From positions 49,414,001 to 49,478,000 of the forward strand of contig OZ024742.1 in NCBI GenBank assembly GCA_964016885.1: a DNA stretch of 64,000 nt, written 5' to 3'. Positions within the stretch are counted from its first letter, which is position 1. Each line of letters opens with the position of its first letter. This document shows positions 1-14,569 of this stretch, in pieces. Origin of the DNA: Eledone cirrhosa (Eukaryota). The position numbers and the translations under genes are program-made. The notes below the pieces were generated by a model. It ran no database searches. It saw nothing but the letters and a program-made list of their open reading frames with translations, and was not told the DNA's origin.

Positions 1-93
1 GATATAACCTCATACATAAGCATGTGTCACACACACACATATATATATATATATACTTGTGTTTGTGTGTGTTGTATAAATATATATATATAT

Positions 94-421
94 ATCATCA
101 TTTCATTTTACGTCCAGTTTTTCCCTGCTTGCAAGGGTGGGACGGGAACTGATTCTGGCTTGATTTCTACAGCTGGATGCCCTTCCTAACACCAACCTCA
201 TTTACTGTGAGTGCTGGGTGCTTTTTTGCCGTGGCACCTCCACGACCACTTTGCAGTGGAATGATAGAGACCCCTGTCCCTATCATATCATTTCTACAGC
301 TGAGTAAACTGGAGCATTGTGAAATAAAGTGTCTTGCTCAAGGAAACAACACATCACTGGGTCTGAGAATTGAACTCACAACCTTTCGATTGCAAGGCCA
401 ATGCTCTAACCACTAAGCCAT
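94..421 (-). mobile_element. tRNA-derived SINE, family A (CORE-like body, RTE-derived 3' tail)
   Basis: Minus strand reads A-box TGGCTTAGTGG, B-box GAGTTCAATTC, then CORE-like TGTTTCCTTGAGCAAGACACTTT. The tail GGTTGGTGTTAGGAAGGGCATCCAGCTGTAGAAA is shared with the RTE 3' UTR, and it ends in GAT repeats. Multiple copies in the window. Confidence 0.85.
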
Positions 422-650
422 ATACATATACACACGCACACACACACATATATACATGCATAGACACACACATATATATACTCAGATATATGTGTTATCT
501 GTGTGTATATATGTGTGTCTGCATATGTACATAGTAAAATCATGTGTATACTCTATGACACTTACAGCCATATGACATGTGCATTATACATGTCAACACA
601 TACACACTCACTTATATATGTATGTGTCTATAAACTGCACAAACCTGCAC

Positions 651-700
<50 letters not shown>

Positions 701-756
701 ATTTGTATGTATACATACATCCCAGTGTGAACAAAGAGTATATTAAGTAGTTCATA

Positions 757-991
757 TTAGCCCTTTTGATAACAAACTTCCCGAAACAGTCACTAGTTAT
801 ATAATACTAAAGGGTTTATTTTAAAGTGTTTATATTTTTCTAAAACATTTCAATCCTGATATTATGTGAAGCATGCTTTAAACACCAGATAAATAACGAG
901 GAAATAATGTATGTTACTAAATTCTTTCAAGTTCTTTCTTTTCAAAAGTATTTGAAAATCATAGGCAATGTTTTTCTTAAGAAAGGGTTAA
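757..991. mobile_element. TTAA-bounded MITE-like element (degenerate)
   Basis: Starts TTAGCCCTTTTGATAACAA and ends AAAGGGTTAA. Related termini occur at about 28377, 32843-33063 and 37628-37831. Confidence 0.45.
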
Positions 992-1487
992 AAGAAGTGT
1001 AATTTAGTACTTCTATTGAGAATTGAAAACTTCACAAATCTTTTCCCTGAGGTTCTTCTTTCTGATCTTCAAACAATTGTGATCAATTGATCCAGGGGAA
1101 TCAGTGTGTAATGGAACATGTAGAAGAAAGTATTTGAATATCATAAGTTTTGATTTGGATCTGAAAAAAAGTTAGATCTTTTTCATTCACTTAAAGCAAC
1201 TATTTGAAAAATCGTTTTAAAGGACCATTTTAGAAAAATAATAAGCTGATAAATATAGATAATTATATAAAAATAAGTGCAAACTGGTGAGTCAATTGCA
1301 AATATGATGTATTGTGTATGTAAATAGGATCAAAATTAAACATATAAGTTGATAAAGGTATAATTGAAATATGCAGATAAAATTATGCAAAGCATTCAAG
1401 TCGGCAGTAAGGAACTAAAATAAAATGAATAAACAAACACACACACACACACGTGTGTATATATAAATATACACACACACACACATA

Positions 1488-1832
<345 letters not shown>

Positions 1833-2254
1833 TATATTGGTGGGGATTTTTGGTTACAGAAACATGCAATATTTGTGAAATCCAATATTTTAATATAATT
1901 TTTACTGCTTATGATACTCTCTGTTTAGGGACTTACAGTTGAAGAATAGATATTTAGGAGCATGGCTACCAGATTACAAATGCTGAATTTGATGTTCACA
2001 TACTAAAATATTGGGGACAAATTAAATTGATTCTTAGCTAGGTAGAAAAATTAAGTTTTCACTGAAAATTTCAGTGTTTGCATGATGCCACAAATTCTAG
2101 GACTGATCAAGTTATCTGAAGCCTATGAGGGCCTATTATCTCCCTGAAACCAAATATAGTTTGATAATGTTATAACTTATAAAGTGTGTTAAAGACATGA
2201 TAACATATGCCGTGTTGGTGATCTACCTGACAAATGCACTCAGTGCACCTTGTA

Positions 2255-2763
2255 TAGTGGTTGGTGATAGTAATGACTATCTTAGCCTATTGATTGCTTT
2301 CTAAGATTCTGCTTTGGTATATTGATTGTGTAGTAGAAATTATAGAAATTATTTTACTTGTCTGACCCTGTTGAGTTTTTCTACTAATTTACATTTACTT
2401 TGCATTATAAAAAGCTTACAGCATTATAGAATCACTTCAACAAAGTTTAAGAAAATTATCTCTCCCACACAGTTTCCATTAAATTTCACTCACTAAAAGA
2501 GACATTTACTTTTAAAAACAGATTAGCTGAAATATTTGCAATTCTTCAATTATTAGATTTGTGATAAACACACACACGCGCTCACACATATATATATTTA
2601 CTCTTTTACCTGTTTCAGCCATCCGGCTGAGACCATGCTGGGGCACCGCCCTTGATATATATATACATATGTGTACCCATAGAACGTGTTAGTTGAAATA
2701 ATATTTTTTATATTTTTTCTTATTGAAGGTTAATATTAATTTTAATATAAAGTTAAAAACTGT
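2255..2763 (+). repeat. Local direct duplication, copy 1 (~509 bp)
   Basis: Near-identical to 3414-3922 (TAGTGGTTGGTGA...GTTAAAAACTGT). Confidence 0.9.
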
Positions 2764-3302
2764 TCACTTGAATTATCATAATGATGACAAAATACCAGCA
2801 TCAAAAGCGTGTATTCATTAGAACTATGACCTCCATAATAATAATGTTTCATTTTAAGTGTCAAAACAAGTTTCGTTAAAGATTTTGAAGAAATGAATGT
2901 CTTTATAAAAATTGCCAAATGTGATGAATATTTTTTGGAGATGATAGAGTTGCAGTCATCAAATATTCTTTGGAAACAACTATAGAATACAACACTAACA
3001 CAAGCAAGTCACTGCTAAATTGGTTCTTCTTGATAAAGAGATTCCATAGCAAAAAATTGCAACTGTTAGTTAGAAGCTTCAAAACCACTATGAACAAAAA
3101 CATGAAATGAAACTGAACCATATAATGGGGTTCATAATTTAGGATGTCCTGTAAAATACATGACATTACATGAAATTTTATTAAAAATCCTCTTATTTTT
3201 AATTGGAATTATTTCACATGAATGTTTGTTTCAATATATTTTGTGAATCCAAGAAAATTGTAAATATTTCGGCTTTTATTGAATATGTACACATAATATA
3301 TA

Positions 3303-3402
<100 letters not shown>

Positions 3403-3413
3403 AGGATCGGAAT

Positions 3414-3922
3414 TAGTGGTTGGTGACAGTAATGACTATCTTAGCCTATTGATTGCTTTCTAAGATTCTTCTTTGGTATATTGATTGTGTAGTAGATATT
3501 ATAGAAATTATTTTACTTGTCTGACCCTGTTGAGTTTTTCTACTAATTTACATTTACTTTGCATTATAAAAAGCATACAGCATTATAGAACCACTTCAAC
3601 AAAGTTTAAGAAAATTATCTCTCCCACACAGTTTCCATTAAATTTCGCTCACTAAAAGAGACATTTACTTTTAAAAACAGATTAGCTGAAATATTTGCAA
3701 TTCTTCAATTATTAGATTTGTGATAAACACACACACGCGCGCACAGATATATATATTTACTCTTTTACCTGTTTCAGCCATCCGGCTGAGGCCATGCTGG
3801 GGCACCACCCTTGATATATATATACATATGTGTACCCATAGAACGTGTTAGTTGAAATGATATTTTTTATATTTTTTCTTATTGAAGGTTAATATTAATT
3901 TTAATATAAAGTTAAAAACTGT
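3414..3922 (+). repeat. Local direct duplication, copy 2
   Basis: Near-identical to 2255-2763. Confidence 0.9.
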
Positions 3923-4264
3923 ACGAATCTATTTCGTTTCACCACTGAAATGTGTAGTGTAAAAGTCCACAGGGTCCTCAGTCAGCAGGTGTGGAATTGT
4001 TAGCTACACATCTAGTCTAATGGAAAGAGAGAATGCAAATATACACGCTGCCCAGAGCAGGGTGAAAACACGTGTTATTTGCATCAAATAACGGCTCTCA
4101 TGAATTGGGGAAGATGCTAGAGAGAGCAGCCAACCATTCGAATGTATTAGCTCAACAATTTGGAGCTCGTTAATTATATAAGGATCGGAATTAGAGTATT
4201 CCGCAGTTTACAGTAATAATAATATTAGCTCAAAGATGAACAGAGAATTTTCAACTGAGCTCAA

Positions 4265-4390
4265 ATACAAATATATTACACAGAGAGAAGTGTGTTACAC
4301 AGTGAGATGTGTGTAAAGAATTAACATGTAATAATTTTTTACACACATCTCACTGTGTAATACACTTCTCTCTGTGTAATATATTTGTAT
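4265..4390. repeat. Near-perfect inverted repeat (~58-bp arms)
   Basis: ATACAAATATATTACACAGAGAGAAGTGT... is mirrored by ...ACACTTCTCTCTGTGTAATATATTTGTAT. Confidence 0.85.
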
Positions 4391-4394
4391 ATAT

Positions 4395-4429
<35 letters not shown>

Positions 4430-4435
4430 CTTTCC

Positions 4436-5480
4436 ACTGTTTAACGTCCATTTTTCCATGCTTGCATGGATTAGATCAGTCATCCATGTTATGAGATACA
4501 TCTGGCCAGTTAGCGGCATTATACCTTGCTAAAATGGAACTGTATTTTGGATGAGATTTTTACAGCTAGATGCCTTTCCTGACACCAATTGTATTTACAA
4601 TGTGGAACTGGCTTGTCCCGTTATGAGACAAGTCAGGCCAGAATGATGTGCCATACCTTGCACATATTGGGACTGTGTGTTGGCTGGGTTGTTACGGCTG
4701 CTGGATGCCTTCCTAACATCAACCACGTTTACAGTGTGGAGCTGAGTGGCACAATTAGGAGGAGGGTCAGGCCAGTTAGCCACACTATATCCTGCACACA
4801 GACGAACCATATTTGGGGAGATGGGTGGTCTCATTATGAAAGAGATCAGGCCAGTTGGCATGCCATGCTTTGCCCATTGTGAGGCCATATTTAGGCTCCA
4901 TATTTTTCATGGTTGCAGGATGCCCTTCCTACTACCAACCATGTTTACAGTGTGGAGCTGGGTGGCACTGCTATATGAGCAAGACATGACCAGCTGACCG
5001 GACACTGCCCACAATAGGACAACCCGTCTAACCCATGCTAGCATGGAAGAACGGACGTAAAATGGTGATGATGATGATATATATGTAATCTGTGTTTTTT
5101 TAATATAAAAAATAATATTCAATTTGTTTGCAATTATGCTAACAGCCTCTTTAAAACCATGTCAGTAGAATGACCATCATTCTTGCTGTTGTGTTGGCAT
5201 GTAAACAGAACCTAATGTTTGTGGGTGATTACTCTTCATCATTACAGTATACTGCTTACCTGCCGAGTGTCAGAGCTAGTGAAAATATATGATATTTTCT
5301 AAAATATACAGCGACTGATCAGCCTGAGCGGCCTGATTTGTTTGTTTTAAATATATATATATATATATATAAACAGTCCTATATAAGCAAGACAAAGTCA
5401 CCCGACCTGACCTGCCCTGCCCCTAATGAGACATCTGTGAAACATGTGCTAGCATGGAAAATGGACGTTAAATGATGATG
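4436..5480. mobile_element. Cluster of RTE/SINE 3'-tail fragments in both orientations
   Basis: Tail motifs CCATGCTAGCATGGAA..GGACGT(T/A)AA and GGATGCCTTCCTAACA at about 4436-4600 (-), 4700-4960 (-), 4975-5077 (+) and 5380-5480 (+). Confidence 0.65.
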
Positions 5481-5809
5481 ATATATATATATATTTCCCT
5501 GTGGCCAGAGTCTTCTACTGCATTCTAATAACTTTTGACTGAATATAAGGGATGGAGACTACAGAAGTAGTCTCTGTGTGTGTGTATGTGTATGTGTATA
5601 ATGGATGAACTAACTTGAGAGAGTGGTTACCTATCCTGGTAAAAAATAGCCTCTTACTTTGAAGGAAGAGTGACCTGCTTTGCTATATAATATTTAGACA
5701 TGGTCTTTGATTGCAGAATATTTTTGGAGGCTAAAACTGAATGATGCATGCATGCTCCACTAGATATATATTGTTAATGTATGTGAATGACAGGCCACAA
5801 GAATACTGA

Positions 5810-5935
5810 TAGAAATGCTGGTATTCTATTTTATTGACCCTGGAAGGATGAAAAGCAAAGTTGATATCTGTGGGATTTGAACTCAAAACATAAAAAGCTG
5901 GAGCAAATATCACAAATATTCTAATGATTCTGCCA
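5810..5935 (-). mobile_element. SINE family C fragment
   Basis: Minus strand reads GAGTTCAAATCCC...CTTTGCTTTTCATCCTTCCAGGGTCAATAAAAT, homologous to 40366-40580. Confidence 0.6.
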
Positions 5936-7155
5936 ATCCATCACAATAATAATAAGAAGAAATAAAGCTTTATCACACATGCACAGTATCATATATCTGC
6001 AGATACATATTTGTGTCTCAATGAATAATTCAATTATTCCATTGATGCATTGGGTGTGCATGCACATTTTCTTGCATACATAGAAAACAGGCATAAAAAT
6101 ATTAGACATATGTACCCACCATGCTAGTTTCTGACACAAACATGCATACACAAACAGACACATGCAAGCATATATATTTAAACACACACATACAAATGGA
6201 TTTGCAGAAATAAGAAAATTTCCTGTAACTCTTAGATCAAATGCTAATTTTTAATTGATTTCAAATACAACGACAAATAAACACAAACAAACATAACCAA
6301 ACAAAATGAAAATAGCAAATCATTGCATAAAATGATGAGCATGGACAAAGAAATAGAGCCAATTGTTCACTACATTGATTTTATCCAATCAAAGTTAACG
6401 GTAATTAAGTTTGATGAAATATTATCATAACAAAATCATTGTGTCTCTGTTAACCAGCTCTCAAAAGACAAATGTCAGATGTTGCTCTAAGAGAAAATCT
6501 CATTGCTGTTCATATTTTTTCAGTCTTATCAATTTTTCTTTTCTTTTTTCAATTTAATAACCTTTTTTTCTCTTTGTAAATTTCTTTTATTCTTTAGATT
6601 TTAATTTTATTTTTCTATTTTTTTTTTTTTTTTACAAAATATTGTGTGATGTATTTTATTTTAATCAGGTCTCTTAAAAAATGTTTTCCATTGAAAATCT
6701 TGTCTATAGAATTCTCTATATTGATATTCTATGATATCTATTGATGTATTTATTCAGTTATTTTTAATAGCAGAAAGATTTCAACTTCTCAAGTTGTCAG
6801 ACGGTATCGTTTCAGATGTTGACTACATCTAAAAACTTAATTTCTTCATGCTAAGAAGAGAGACTTTACTGCCAAAACATGCACATATTAAGTCCCAGTT
6901 AATAGCACCAGAATTTATAAATTTGCAACTGTGTGTGTGGTAGAAATAATTATAATTGGGTAACCTAATGGTGGATAGAATTTTGAAATTTTCAAAATGT
7001 GAAAGTTCCAAACACAGCAAATAATTGTAATAACAGTAAATCACTATAGATAGTAGTTGAGAAAATTAGTTAAATTACCATTACAGATGAAAACAACGTG
7101 GCCAGAGGTATCTGAAGGGGACACCATATCTCTGTGTAAGTGCATTAGCAATAAG

Positions 7156-7368
7156 TTAACCCTTTAGCATTTAAACAGGCTGTGTCTGGCCAGAATTCTT
7201 TCACCTCTTTCTGTTCAAACCGGCTGTAACCAACTGCTCATACTGTTGTTAAGGTATTGTTCTCAAAATAAATAGTATTAAAAGATCTCCTAGATTCGAT
7301 ATTATGTGAGATAATTATTTGAGATAAAGCCTTTACTATATAGAGTAATGTAAATGCTAAAGGCTTAA
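7156..7368. mobile_element. piggyBac-like MITE
   Basis: TTAA-CCCTTTAGCATTTA ... TAAATGCTAAAGGC-TTAA: terminal inverted repeats flanked by TTAA, no coding capacity. Confidence 0.7.
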
Positions 7369-9017
7369 GGGGTAACTGGAATTTCTTGCCATCTCAGTGT
7401 GCTATATTATACTGATTGGAGCCGCAATGTATTCAGATGTAAACAAAGCTTATGAAATATCAAAACACTGGTAGTGCTTAAAATATGAAAATTTGAAAAT
7501 GTGAGAGGCCTAAATGTTGAAACTAATTGTAATAATAGTTGATTACTATAGACAATAGTATAGAAAATTGTGTAAAAGGATTAGTTATATGATGAGAGGT
7601 AATATTCATAACCATTTTAGATTTCACAATACAGTTTATATTCACCTTGAACCTCTAGAAGATGATATCTTCTAAGAGAATATTGGTCGTGACAGAATTT
7701 CAAAGAGAGACATGTCTTGAGAGTAATGATCAGATCTGATATAGGATAAGCAGTAGAAATATTGAAAATAGGAAAATGGATGTATCAGGTGGGTTTGTAT
7801 TGACATGGTATGTAATTTGCAGTACAGAAAATCAGAAACCCTTGCTGTAATGGAAGGAAATACTCTGAGAATAAAATACATGTCTTTGGGTTAGTGGTTT
7901 TAGAGTGATGGTATGCAGCTTTTGGATGCAATTAGAAATGTCCCAGTGTGGGTTTAACTAAAGCATTATTGTATATTGTCACCACCATCAACACCATCAC
8001 CTCCCTTATCATCATCACTACCACTCTCCTTGTTATAATAACCAACACTCCCATCGACATCATCATCATCATCATATGTCTATTTCCCCATGCCAGGATA
8101 GGTTACATTTGTCATTGCAGTTCAAATCATTGCTCAGCGTTGGTGTACCCATAGATGGGTTGGATTATCATATTTTCTTTTTCATCTTCCCTGTTTGACC
8201 CTGATTCTATGATTTGAGGTCATTCTATTATCAACGATTTTGCTGCATGTACAGGATACATTTTATAGTGATACCAACACTAGAAAGTTTGTCATCTTGA
8301 TCAGAGAATAGATTCTTTATACCCAATGTTAAGCTTGGTCATTTGCTAACCACTTTAGAGAATTTACTGGGTGAAGTTATCATAGCATTGATACTACTGA
8401 GGGTGCACTTTACCATGTTTGTCTAAATAGTCTACTTAATACTACACCTCACACTGTGGTACCTCTGTTCATTCATGGTGTAATAACAAAGAAGGTGACT
8501 AAATGTGAGTGTGATGACAGGAGATGAAAGAAGTGAGTGGATATGTATGTTAGGCAGGAGAGAGTGGTTGATGTGAGAGGATAATAGAGTGTTGAGAAAA
8601 CAAGTATTGGTAAAACAATGCTGGAAGGAGTAATATATGAGAAACAATTTTGGCACTTAGATATTTGTTGGCATGTGTGTGACAGAAAGAAGAATTAATC
8701 AATGGATGATAATAGTGATGTGTGGTAGTAAGAGAGTGAAGAATGTCAATAAGAGTGACTTGGAGGAGATAGTAATGGTTAGCATCAGGGAAGGCAGTAA
8801 TGATAGGGTGCATAAAATATGAGCAGATCCAAAACATTCACTCATGCATAGGCGTTTTAATGAGAGAGAATGTTAAGATGATAAGGATGGTAGTAAACTG
8901 GGATTAAATAGCAACAAGTCCAATGACTTTGTTCATTATCTAACAGCATAGTACTGTGAATAGGAGAAAGTATAAGGGCATTAATTGTGTGTGATTTTAT
9001 GTATTAACAGACAGACC

Positions 9018-9207
9018 ATCATCATCATCATTATAACCATTTTACGTCCAGTCTTCTACGCTAGCATGGGTTAGATGGGTTGTACCATTGTGGCACCTCC
9101 ACGACCATTTTGCAGTGGGAGGGGGTGGGGGAATATTGTCTATATGCTTCAGCTTCAGCTTGTGCCCATGGGAAGTCGGGTCTTCTATATTACTGTGTGA
9201 CACCAGA
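9018..9207 (-). mobile_element. RTE 3' UTR fragment with internal deletion
   Basis: Matches the reverse complement of parts of 56950-57298. Confidence 0.7.
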
Positions 9208-9410
9208 TATATGTACATATATATATATATGGTAATAGTAGGAACAAAAAAAAAAAATAGCATAAAGCAGTGTATGTAATTTGGTGATTTGGGTTTTAAT
9301 AGAGCAAATTACATGTGTGTCTGTATGTGCATATGTATGTTTATGTTGTTTATGTAATTATATATATATATGTGTGTGTGTGTGTATGTGTGTATATATA
9401 TATATATATA

Positions 9411-9800
9411 TCTTCTTCATCGCCCACTTATTCCTGAGAGGGTTGTGTGGGCAGAGTTCTCAAACACTCATTCCAGTGGGTCCTGTCAGAAGCAACCATC
9501 TCCAACTGATCTGGCTAGATCCCCAAGTGAGACTAGCCAAAGTCATGGATGTTATCCAACCAGCTTCCTCAGGTTTACCTCAAGGTCTCCTGCTGGTTGA
9601 TTTTGCCTGTTCTGATAGAGAAAACGTCACAGGTGATTGCTTGCGATATACCCACCAATATGATTGTTAGTTGCGATATAAGTGGGCATATGCCAGACGA
9701 ATAAACAACACTGAACCACAGTAAACTATAAGTGGAGCTGAAGCAATGTGTAACACCTGTAGCCCACAAGAAAACGCTCACAGCCTAGAGATGTAGCTAT
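9411..9800 (-). mobile_element. Degenerate RTE-like LINE 3' end of a different family, (GAA)n tail
   Basis: Minus-strand translation includes WLDNIHDF...HLGI.PDQLEMVASDRTHWNECLRTLPTQPSQE*, an RTE-type C-terminus. A second copy lies at about 38595-38745. Confidence 0.6.
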
Positions 9801-10143
9801 GTTGAGGTGAGTAAAGGCCACCTCTAAAAAATCCTAGTCTTTGAGGGTTTGAGAAAGTACCAGATTGGTGACTGGTGTGAATAAGACCACCAAAACTGCA
9901 ATATGGTGAGAGGTAGGAAAATGAACCATACCACATTGTCCTTTGCACGGGTTAACAAGGGGCATATTCTGGTCTTAGGTAGAGAGGCCTGTTCGAAAAA
10001 TATATTGCAGTCTCCATTTCATGCTGCATAAATTGGTAATGGGCCTGTGACCTGTCATGGGAAGTGCGGGATGGAATGCATAAGATTGCATATCCCAAGA
10101 CCCCAAAGAGTATTTGGAAGGGTGCAAATCTTGTGTGTGTGTG

Positions 10144-10189
<46 letters not shown>

Positions 10190-10269
10190 AAATAGGATTT
10201 CGCAATCACCAGGGGGGAGGGGCAGGGCGCCAACGCCTTCTGGTGATGTCCAGCAGAAGCAAGGGGGAC

Positions 10270-10315
10270 AACCGTCTATGCATTTCAGGCTTAACTGGCC
10301 TTCGTCAGGACAGTC
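10270..10315 (-). ncRNA. Minimal type I hammerhead ribozyme
   Basis: Minus strand GACUGUC-CUGACGA-AGGC cagttaa GCCU-GAAA-UGCA-UA-GACGGUU. It has a full catalytic core, a 7-bp helix I, a 4-bp helix II and a palindromic helix III (AUGCAU). Confidence 0.8.
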
Positions 10316-10706
10316 CCTCCCACCGCTTGCGACTGCTGGACTAAAAGACAGCTAAGAATATCTACTTTTCTCGGCTGTGTAAATGAGGTGATTAATCTCA
10401 TTTGCATATGAAGCTGCATAAGTTGGCTCAACTTATAATAAAAAAGAAATAGGATTTCGCTTCAAGCATAGCTTTATACAATATGTATAAATATTTTGTA
10501 TCTCCAAAGAAATACAGTTTTAGGAAGCCGTAGCTATGCAAACACTGGGGGGGGGGGGGTAACACCGAGGGGCTAACGAAGCTGCATAAGTTGAGCCAAC
10601 TTATGCAGCTTCATATTCAAATGAGATTAATCACCTCATTTACACAGACGAGAAAAGTATATATTCTCAGCTGTCTTCTAGTCCAGCAGTAGCAAGCGGT
10701 GGGAGG

Positions 10707-10752
10707 GACTGTCCTGACGAAGGCCAGTTAAGCCTGAAATGTAGAGACGATT
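10707..10752 (+). ncRNA. Hammerhead ribozyme copy with mutated cleavage site
   Basis: GACTGTC-CTGACGA-AGGC..GCCT-GAAA-TGTA-GA-GACGATT. The UH site reads GA, so it is probably inactive. Confidence 0.6.
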
Positions 10753-10870
10753 GTCCTCCTTGCTTCTGCTGGACATCACCAGAGGGCGTTAGCCCCCTCC
10801 CCCGGTGTTTGCATAGCTACGGCTTCCTAAAACTGTATTTCTTTGGAGATACAAAATATGTATATATATA

Positions 10871-10906
<36 letters not shown>

Positions 10907-11754
10907 TATGTGCATTGGAATGTGATTAAAATGATCTATTATCCAAACATTAACTGAATGAGCATTCAATGCTTGTGGATTAAGTGTAGAAATTCAGTTT
11001 GCCTGCTCCATGTGGCAGATGGAATATAATGCTGAAACTACGAGGTCGCTGCCACTTTGCTACTTAGAAAACATCTATCTATCTCTTTATATATATAATT
11101 CACAGAGATGGAGAGAAGTGACTGATGTGTACACACATGTAACATATCAAAGTAAATGAAGTAAAGCAATGTTGCACTAGGGAGAGAAACAGGGGCACAT
11201 AGAGTAAATTGAAACATCAAAGTAGACTAGCCATGGTGAATTGTATTTATGCAGAATTGAGTGTGCATTATATGTACATGATTTTGGAGGTTTATGATTG
11301 TTGTAAGAATAATGAGTAACACCGTGGTGCTGATGGTTATACGGAAGGCAATAATTACTATAAATATTGTCGACACATTCACACGTGTAAGTTAATGAGA
11401 TTTATGTTTTGTTGTAGGTTTGAAAATGCATAATTATGATCGCATTGCTTGAACAAATAAAGAGATCAATAAAATGTTAGAAATGCATTATAGAAGTGAA
11501 AGCATTAAAACGTCATATTGAAGGTCTGATCGTACATGAACAAGGCAAAGGTGTATGTAGTTTGCTGCATTGCTGGTGTTGGATGCCTGCTATTAAAGTT
11601 ACATCTTCAGTGTCTTCAAAAGACTTAGCATATTACTTGAATGATATTTACGTATAAAAGACCAGCTCTTGTAAATAGAACACCTGTGTGAGCCTTCATT
11701 TCTCATTAATAGTCCATTATTTCATGATTTTATAACTCTAACATATGAAATATA

Positions 11755-11799
<45 letters not shown>

Positions 11800-13138
11800 A
11801 TGTATGTATGTGTGTGTGTGTATATGTATAAATTGATGGCGTGGAAAATGGACGTTAAACGATGATGATGATGATGATAAATTGGGAAATGAATAATTGT
11901 TAAAAAAATATAGATTGAAAACGCCAAAAGTAGAAAAGAAAAAGAAAATAGAAGTTCAAAAGAGAGAAAGAGGGGAAAATGGCAAAGGGGTTTGTTAGTT
12001 TTATTAATCAAATAGAAATGAACACCTGAATGGCAGTAGCTTCACATGAATGGTAAATATGACGTCCTCTACATTACATCCATATTCCAATAAAATCACA
12101 TACACCAGTTGAATTCTACATTAGTTTTATTATTAGTTAGGTAATTAATCCATACTCTAGTTTTACAGCTGTCTTTCCATGCTAAGATTAGTTAGACAAG
12201 AATTTTTAAGGTAGAATTCTAAGGTTATTCCTTTCTTTCTGAAGATCATTCGAAGAGTGAAATTATAATTTTTTTGCTGAAACATATTTACTGTTTAAAG
12301 TATTTACTTTACAGTTATTTCTAACACTTTTATTGAGTTCAATTTGTATTTTGGTTTTTATGACAACATCAACTTAGTGAAAATATAGATTGGAAGAAAG
12401 AAAGAGAAAGAAACAGCATATAATTTTTGAAGCTGGAAACACTACAGAAGTTACTACATGGCCTTTACGTTTGAGTATATCATACACACATATATGTTTC
12501 TTTTCATTAACCCTTTCTCTTTCTCGCACGTACACACACACACAGACACACACTCAACTGCACTAATAAATACATTTATGCACAATCACACACATACACA
12601 AACAAACTGCTTGGCGCCACTGTCGGAATTTTACATCTTTCTCTCTCTATATATATATAGTGAGAGAAAGGGGGAGGGAGGGGATAGAGATATAGAGATA
12701 GATAGATTGATAAACAAATGTATCATATATATTTTACGTAAATGATCTTATTTTGATTTAGACTTCAATTGATGGAATTTTTTTTCCTGGATTTTAATTG
12801 TATTATTTTTCTAAATTGAAACATAACCACAATCACGTAACTTATAAGTAGCATGTGTTTATACAAACAGAGATGTGTGTGTAACAACACTTTAAATCAC
12901 TTAATACATGTACAGCTTACCCGCAAACACATGTACTTAAGCACAATTTTCCAATATGAAAATATATATTGATTAATAAATAAGCTGCAATGAAGGAATG
13001 AAAAAATATTTGTTTATATTTGTGCGTGTGTGTATGTGTTTACGTGTGTGTGTAATGCTTATGTGTATTCTATGTTATTTTCAAAACAAGCTAAATTCAA
13101 TGGCCTTGAAGTCAGACATCTATTTCATCTTTCATTAG

Positions 13139-13402
13139 GACTGCTAATAATGAATCTCTGCAGGTCCAGACAAGCACTGGATACAATGAATCAGAACTGA
13201 GTCGAAATTAAATTACAGATTTCCCATTATTTCTACATGGATCATTTGATTTGGTTATAATGTCATGACCAGTTCTGAAATAAAACATTTCCTCAATCAA
13301 TGAAACTCACATAAAACAGTCAACGTAACTATTCTGTCTGATTTCAGTAATGTGTAAATGATTATTTCTAATGATTAGATGTCCAGGAATTATGGCAACA
13401 GT
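13139..13402 (+). other. Candidate host exon (mostly 5' UTR; ATG at 13392)
   Basis: Acceptor TTTCATCTTTCATTAG and donor GTGAGT at 13403. The last 11 nt ATGGCAACAGT join in frame with the 16201 exon. Confidence 0.3.
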
Positions 13403-14569
13403 GTGAGTGTATCTCTGTTGTATGTTTTCAGTTTCTAATTCTTATTTCTGTAAATGTTGCTTGCTTGTTTTTATTTTCATTTACTGCATTGTGAAGTGAG
13501 AATATGAAATGAATTCGTATATCACTCTTCTCTATAACTATGTTTGCATTTGTGTGTACATGTCTGTGTATGAAAGAGTGTGTGTGTATATTTATATGCT
13601 GTCAGAGTTATTGGTATTCAGTTTGTAGGCAATAAAAATGTGTTTTTTCAAGCTACATAGTGTCTCAATTACTATTGTTGAATAAATGTTATCAAATATT
13701 ATACATTTATGTATATTTGGGAACTTATATTGAAAACTGTTTAATGATATGTGTACTTATGTGTATGTATGTGTTTGTGTGTAGTCATATATATTACTCC
13801 TTTATACATGCATGTGTGTATGTGTCTACTTTTCTATTCATATATTTGCACAATAACATATACTTCCTTTGCTAAATGTGCCTTTTCTTGAAAGTGTAAA
13901 TGTAATCAGATAGAATGTGCTAATAGGTATCATGTAGTGTGTGTGTGTGTGTAACTGTGTATGATGACTTTACAAGTTATTACTTATGTACATATATGCA
14001 TACTTACTTTTGTAGGTATGTGTGTCTGTAATAACTCCCCTTAAGTGTTCGTATGAAATAAATATTTGGCTGTAGTACAGCTCTTTAGAAATGACTAAAT
14101 GGTAATTAATCTTCTAGACATTTGCAGCACTTAAAAATCAATTTCTTTTGCAAGATACTTTTACTTCTCTTCTAGATTATATCTCTCCTCTCTATTTCAC
14201 TGAAATTGTTTGGAGTACAATTTTCGTTGCTCTTTGTCACTAATCTAAATAACTGTGCAATATACTGGTGGCTTTTCTTTTAAATGTTTCTAAATGTTTC
14301 TAATTACCTAAATTTTAAATGATTTTCTGAAGATGAATTCATCACCTATGAATGGATGGAGTTTAGTATAGTGCCAATTCAATACCAAATGAAATTTTAA
14401 ATGGAATTTGAATTATGTGTAAAATATGTTTTGTTAGGTTTAATTATAATATAGGAATCACCATAGCATTTCATGTTTTAACAGTTCTAAAATAAATATA
14501 ACTCAGGGAATATAATGGTTTTCACTAAATCTCTTCCCCTAGAAAATATCCAAATTAAAACTCTTCCGA

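Larger units (their letters stand above)
10185..10865. mobile_element. Non-coding Penelope-like pLTR/retrozyme-like element with nested inverted repeats
   Basis: About 10204-10436 is the inverse of about 10587-10810, and about 10485-10578 is the inverse of about 10788-10865. AAGAAATAGGATTTCGC is repeated directly at about 10187 and 10444. It contains hammerhead motifs and is flanked by (TA)n. Confidence 0.7.

Noticed and set aside
340-421. tRNA gene
   Set aside because: The A/B boxes belong to a SINE head. I see no complete cloverleaf, and it continues into the SINE body.
3925-3990. Hammerhead on the minus strand (CTGAGGA...GAAAC)
   Set aside because: There is no convincing helix I, helix III or UH site.
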